DNA from: Promethearchaeota archaeon
Lineage (GTDB): Archaea > Asgardarchaeota > Lokiarchaeia > Sigyniarchaeales > SOKP01
Length of the DNA: 64,000 nt
Direction of reading: 5' to 3'
Assembly (NCBI GenBank): GCA_016839745.1
Contig: JAEOTS010000122.1
Span: 1 to 64,000, forward strand
The position numbers were made by a program, and so were the translations under genes. Below the pieces are notes generated by a model. That model was not told where the DNA came from. It was given only the letters and a program-made list of their open reading frames with translations, and searched no databases. Below, one piece after another: positions 61,164 through 64,000 of this stretch. The stretch's first letter is position 1; every line of letters starts with the position of its first letter.

Positions 61164-62381
61164 ATGAGTCTCCCCTTAGAAGGTAAAGTTGTTATTGACC
61201 TTGCTCGGATGCTACCTGGACCATATGCCTCAATGATATTGGCAGATCTTGGTGCAGAAGTTATAAGAGTTGAGGATCCTAAGTATCCATACGCAAGTCC
61301 TCCACCATTTTTTCAGAAAGGTAGGTATCGTGAGAGTGCATTTAATTCAGTTATAATGAGAAATAAAAGATCTATAGCACTTGATTTAAAAAAAAGTCAA
61401 GCTTTAGAAATATTCTATAAATTAGTAGAAAAAGCAGATGTTATATTAGAAACTTTTAGACCAAAAGTTACAAATAAATTAAAAATTGATTATGATACAT
61501 TATTTAAAATTAATAAATCAATAATTTATTGTTCATTGACAGGGTATGGTCAATACGGACCTTACGAACAAACAGCGGGTCATGACTTAAATTACATTGG
61601 AATTTGTGGGATATTAGATTTAAATAAAGAGAGAGAGTTAGAAGAGAAAAAAGATCAAGAAAGAAAACCTATTCTCCCTGGCGTGCAAGCCGCTGATATA
61701 GGAGGAGGATTGGTTTCAACAATTGGAATACTTGGAGCTTTACTTGAACGAGAGAGAAATCCCAAAAAAGAGGGTCAATATATTGATGTTTCTATGACGG
61801 ATTGCGTTTTTTCTTTTATGCCTATGGCGGCTGCTTTTCAATTTTCTAAAGGTAAAAACGACGGTATGACTAAACCAAGAAATCCTTTGCACGGGGAAGT
61901 TCCATTTTATTCAATTTATAAAACCAAAGATAATAAGTATATGTCTGTCGGTGCGATTGAGGTAAAATTTTGGCGTGGTGTATGCAAGGGGCTTGGGCGG
62001 GAAGATTTAATACCAAAAGGAAATGTGTTGGGAATAGAAAAAGAGGAAGTATTCCGCGAAGTTCAAAATGAATTTTTAAAGAAAACCCAAAACGAATGGA
62101 TGGAGATTTTTTCAAATATTGATGCTTGCGTTATGCCTGTAAAAACTTTCAGTGAAGCATGTGAAGATCCACAAATTAAATCGCGAAACATGGTTGTTGA
62201 TATGAATCATCCAAAATTTGGTAAAATTCAAAATGTAAACTCGCCAATTAAATATTCCAGAACACCTTTAACAATAAGGAGTTTAGCACCGCAAATTGGT
62301 CAAAATACAAGAGAAATTCTGAAGGAGCTTAACTACTCAGAAGAAGATATTAAAAATCTTAAAAAATCGGGAATAATTTAA
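61164..62381 (+). CDS. CaiB/BaiF family III CoA-transferase (AMACR-like)
   Basis: LARMLPGPY...ADLGAEVIRVE, RNKRSIALDLK, FRP, GYGQYGP, GHDLNY, ADIGGG. Confidence 0.93.
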   Translation: MSLPLEGKVVIDLARMLPGPYASMILADLGAEVIRVEDPKYPYASPPPFFQKGRYRESAFNSVIMRNKRSIALDLKKSQALEIFYKLVEKADVILETFRPKVTNKLKIDYDTLFKINKSIIYCSLTGYGQYGPYEQTAGHDLNYIGICGILDLNKERELEEKKDQERKPILPGVQAADIGGGLVSTIGILGALLERERNPKKEGQYIDVSMTDCVFSFMPMAAAFQFSKGKNDGMTKPRNPLHGEVPFYSIYKTKDNKYMSVGAIEVKFWRGVCKGLGREDLIPKGNVLGIEKEEVFREVQNEFLKKTQNEWMEIFSNIDACVMPVKTFSEACEDPQIKSRNMVVDMNHPKFGKIQNVNSPIKYSRTPLTIRSLAPQIGQNTREILKELNYSEEDIKNLKKSGII

Positions 62382-62481
62382 AGTTCAAATTTTTATTTAA
62401 ACATAATTTTATTTAAGAAAATTATCATAATAAAGTAAAGAGGTTAGTATTACCTCATCTGAGTTTATATAAGGCAAAATT

Positions 62482-64000
62482 ATGACTGAAGAATCGCGTA
62501 AGAATGAAGATCGTGATAATGTTGAAAGGAAAGAAGCCACACAAGATAAAGATAGCGAAATAAAAAGGGGTAAACCCGTAGTTCTCAAAGCAGAGGCATA
62601 TAAAACAATAATATTATATGCTAGTAGATACGCAAATCAAGCTATACCTTCCGAAGACTGGAAAGAAATATACGGTCTTTTAATCGGATTTTACGACGAT
62701 GATTTCTTATATGTCGAAAGAGCAATTCCAATGACATATGGTCACGACACAGATGTAGAATTTAGCGAAACCGATTATGGGGATGTTGAAAAAATACACG
62801 AGGAATTAGATAAAGAAGGCAAAGGATATTTTATCGTTGGATGGTTCCATTCTCATCCAGGTTTGACCTTATTCTTTTCATATATTGATCTTATTAATCA
62901 ACTTGGATTTCAGGGCAAATTTAAGGATGCTATAGGATTGGTTTTCGATCATACTCTTCTTGGAAAGAAAAGGGAAGAGAAAATTGATAACAATATTCTA
63001 ACTAAATATGACACGGGATTTGAGATATATCGGTTAACTGATGTAACAATGGATTCTAATTCCGTTGAGTTTGAGACTAATTATCATAAAATCGATTATA
63101 TTGTTGAAGGATTAAATAAATTCTTTTTTGCAAATGTTCTCGCGGAGTTATCTTCTTTAGCTTCAGCAGGAAAACCACTTCAAGAAGCCTTTAAGGAGCA
63201 TTATAGGCTAGAATCAGATTATAAAGATATTGATGGAGTGTTAGAGGACTCAAATATTGAATTATCACAAGAAAATCTTGTCGATATCCCTTTATCAGAA
63301 GATATTAAATTCAACGTTGACGATATTTTTTATGAGACTATTATTGATAGCGATAAAATAAAGGAATTAGCGGATAAAATTATTTACGAAGGAAATCAAG
63401 CTTTTAAAAACAAAGATACTTTTACGGGTATAGAAAAATATCGCCGGGGCATTGAAAAATATAAAGAAATCAATGATGTGAACCGGGTAATGGATTTGTT
63501 AAGAAAAGTATCAAGATCTTGCATAGCCAACAATCATCTAGTGATTGCCAGAGAATTCGCTGATGAATTATTTAATCTAGCAGAATTTAACAATCAAATT
63601 TTTTATAAAGGTATAGCAAATTATATAATAGGTTATATTATCGTAAGAGAAGGAGACATAGACGTATTAGAATATGGTTTGAAAAAAATTGAAGAAGCAG
63701 CTGTAGATTTTATAAAAGTTAAAGATTTTGCTGGCGCTGGAATGGCTTTTAATAAAATTGGATTGAGTTATGAGAAAAAGATTAAACAAATTGGAACCGC
63801 ATGCCTTTTTTATCGGGAAGCTATAGAAAATTACAATAATGGCTTGAGTTATAGTCACCCGCTACGAATTACCCCATGGAGCAAGCCAGAAGTTCTGATT
63901 GAAAAAATAATAGAATTGAGAGATATCATTGATGTTCTGTTACCAGATATAGAAAATTCTGAGATAAAAAAGAAGGTTGTTAATGATCTGAAATCCATTC
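62482..64000 (+). CDS. JAMM/MPN+ metalloprotease (Rpn11/CSN5-like) with C-terminal TPR-like helical repeats; runs off the window end
   Basis: Manual translation: MTEESRK...WKEIYGLLIG...IVGWFHSHPGLTLFFSYID...QLGFQ...IGLVFD; later helical repeats such as KDFAGAGMAFNKIG; not in the ORF track because it is truncated. Confidence 0.85.
   Translation, partial: MTEESRKNEDRDNVERKEATQDKDSEIKRGKPVVLKAEAYKTIILYASRYANQAIPSEDWKEIYGLLIGFYDDDFLYVERAIPMTYGHDTDVEFSETDYGDVEKIHEELDKEGKGYFIVGWFHSHPGLTLFFSYIDLINQLGFQGKFKDAIGLVFDHTLLGKKREEKIDNNILTKYDTGFEIYRLTDVTMDSNSVEFETNYHKIDYIVEGLNKFFFANVLAELSSLASAGKPLQEAFKEHYRLESDYKDIDGVLEDSNIELSQENLVDIPLSEDIKFNVDDIFYETIIDSDKIKELADKIIYEGNQAFKNKDTFTGIEKYRRGIEKYKEINDVNRVMDLLRKVSRSCIANNHLVIAREFADELFNLAEFNNQIFYKGIANYIIGYIIVREGDIDVLEYGLKKIEEAAVDFIKVKDFAGAGMAFNKIGLSYEKKIKQIGTACLFYREAIENYNNGLSYSHPLRITPWSKPEVLIEKIIELRDIIDVLLPDIENSEIKKKVVNDLKSI

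Noticed and set aside
7563-63858. Many short ORF-track entries overlapping long genes (e.g. 8418-8624, 10387-10725, 23319-23732, 46407-46766, 57786-58229, 63667-63858)
   Set aside because: Antisense or alternate-frame shadows of well-supported genes, with no recognisable motifs
1-64000. CRISPR arrays, rRNA/tRNA genes, transposases, integrases, prophage genes
   Set aside because: No regularly spaced repeats, no GC-rich structured RNA-like segments and no mobile-element motifs seen by eye; tRNAscan/Infernal would be needed to exclude small RNAs formally

Overview
AT-rich, gene-dense archaeal chromosomal segment that looks like Asgard archaea (Lokiarchaeia-like). The assignment rests on co-occurring eukaryotic signature proteins: an actin-family protein, a ubiquitin-like protein ending in GG, a JAMM/MPN+ protein, a Rab-like small GTPase, longin-like proteins and a HEAT/PCI-like protein. 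These sit among archaeal housekeeping genes (nadA, folD, purH, guaB, EndA-like, PINA-like ATPase, Ski2-like helicase, DRG GTPase). I found no rRNA, tRNA, CRISPR array or transposase by eye. The most unusual items are: (1) an actin with about 130 aa of zinc ribbons inserted and its hydrolysis residues substituted; (2) a CorA/RMD1-like 2-TM membrane protein fused to an ADP-ribose-type Nudix domain, divergent from nadA; (3) an SSUH2-like DnaJ-type zinc-finger protein upstream of a split DUF4140/DUF4139 pair; (4) genes that apparently start at ATT, missed or truncated by the ORF track; (5) several enzymes with degenerate catalytic motifs (DRG GTPase, EndA, polyprenyl synthase); (6) two small pseudogene relics. 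All family assignments come from motif recognition, not database searches.
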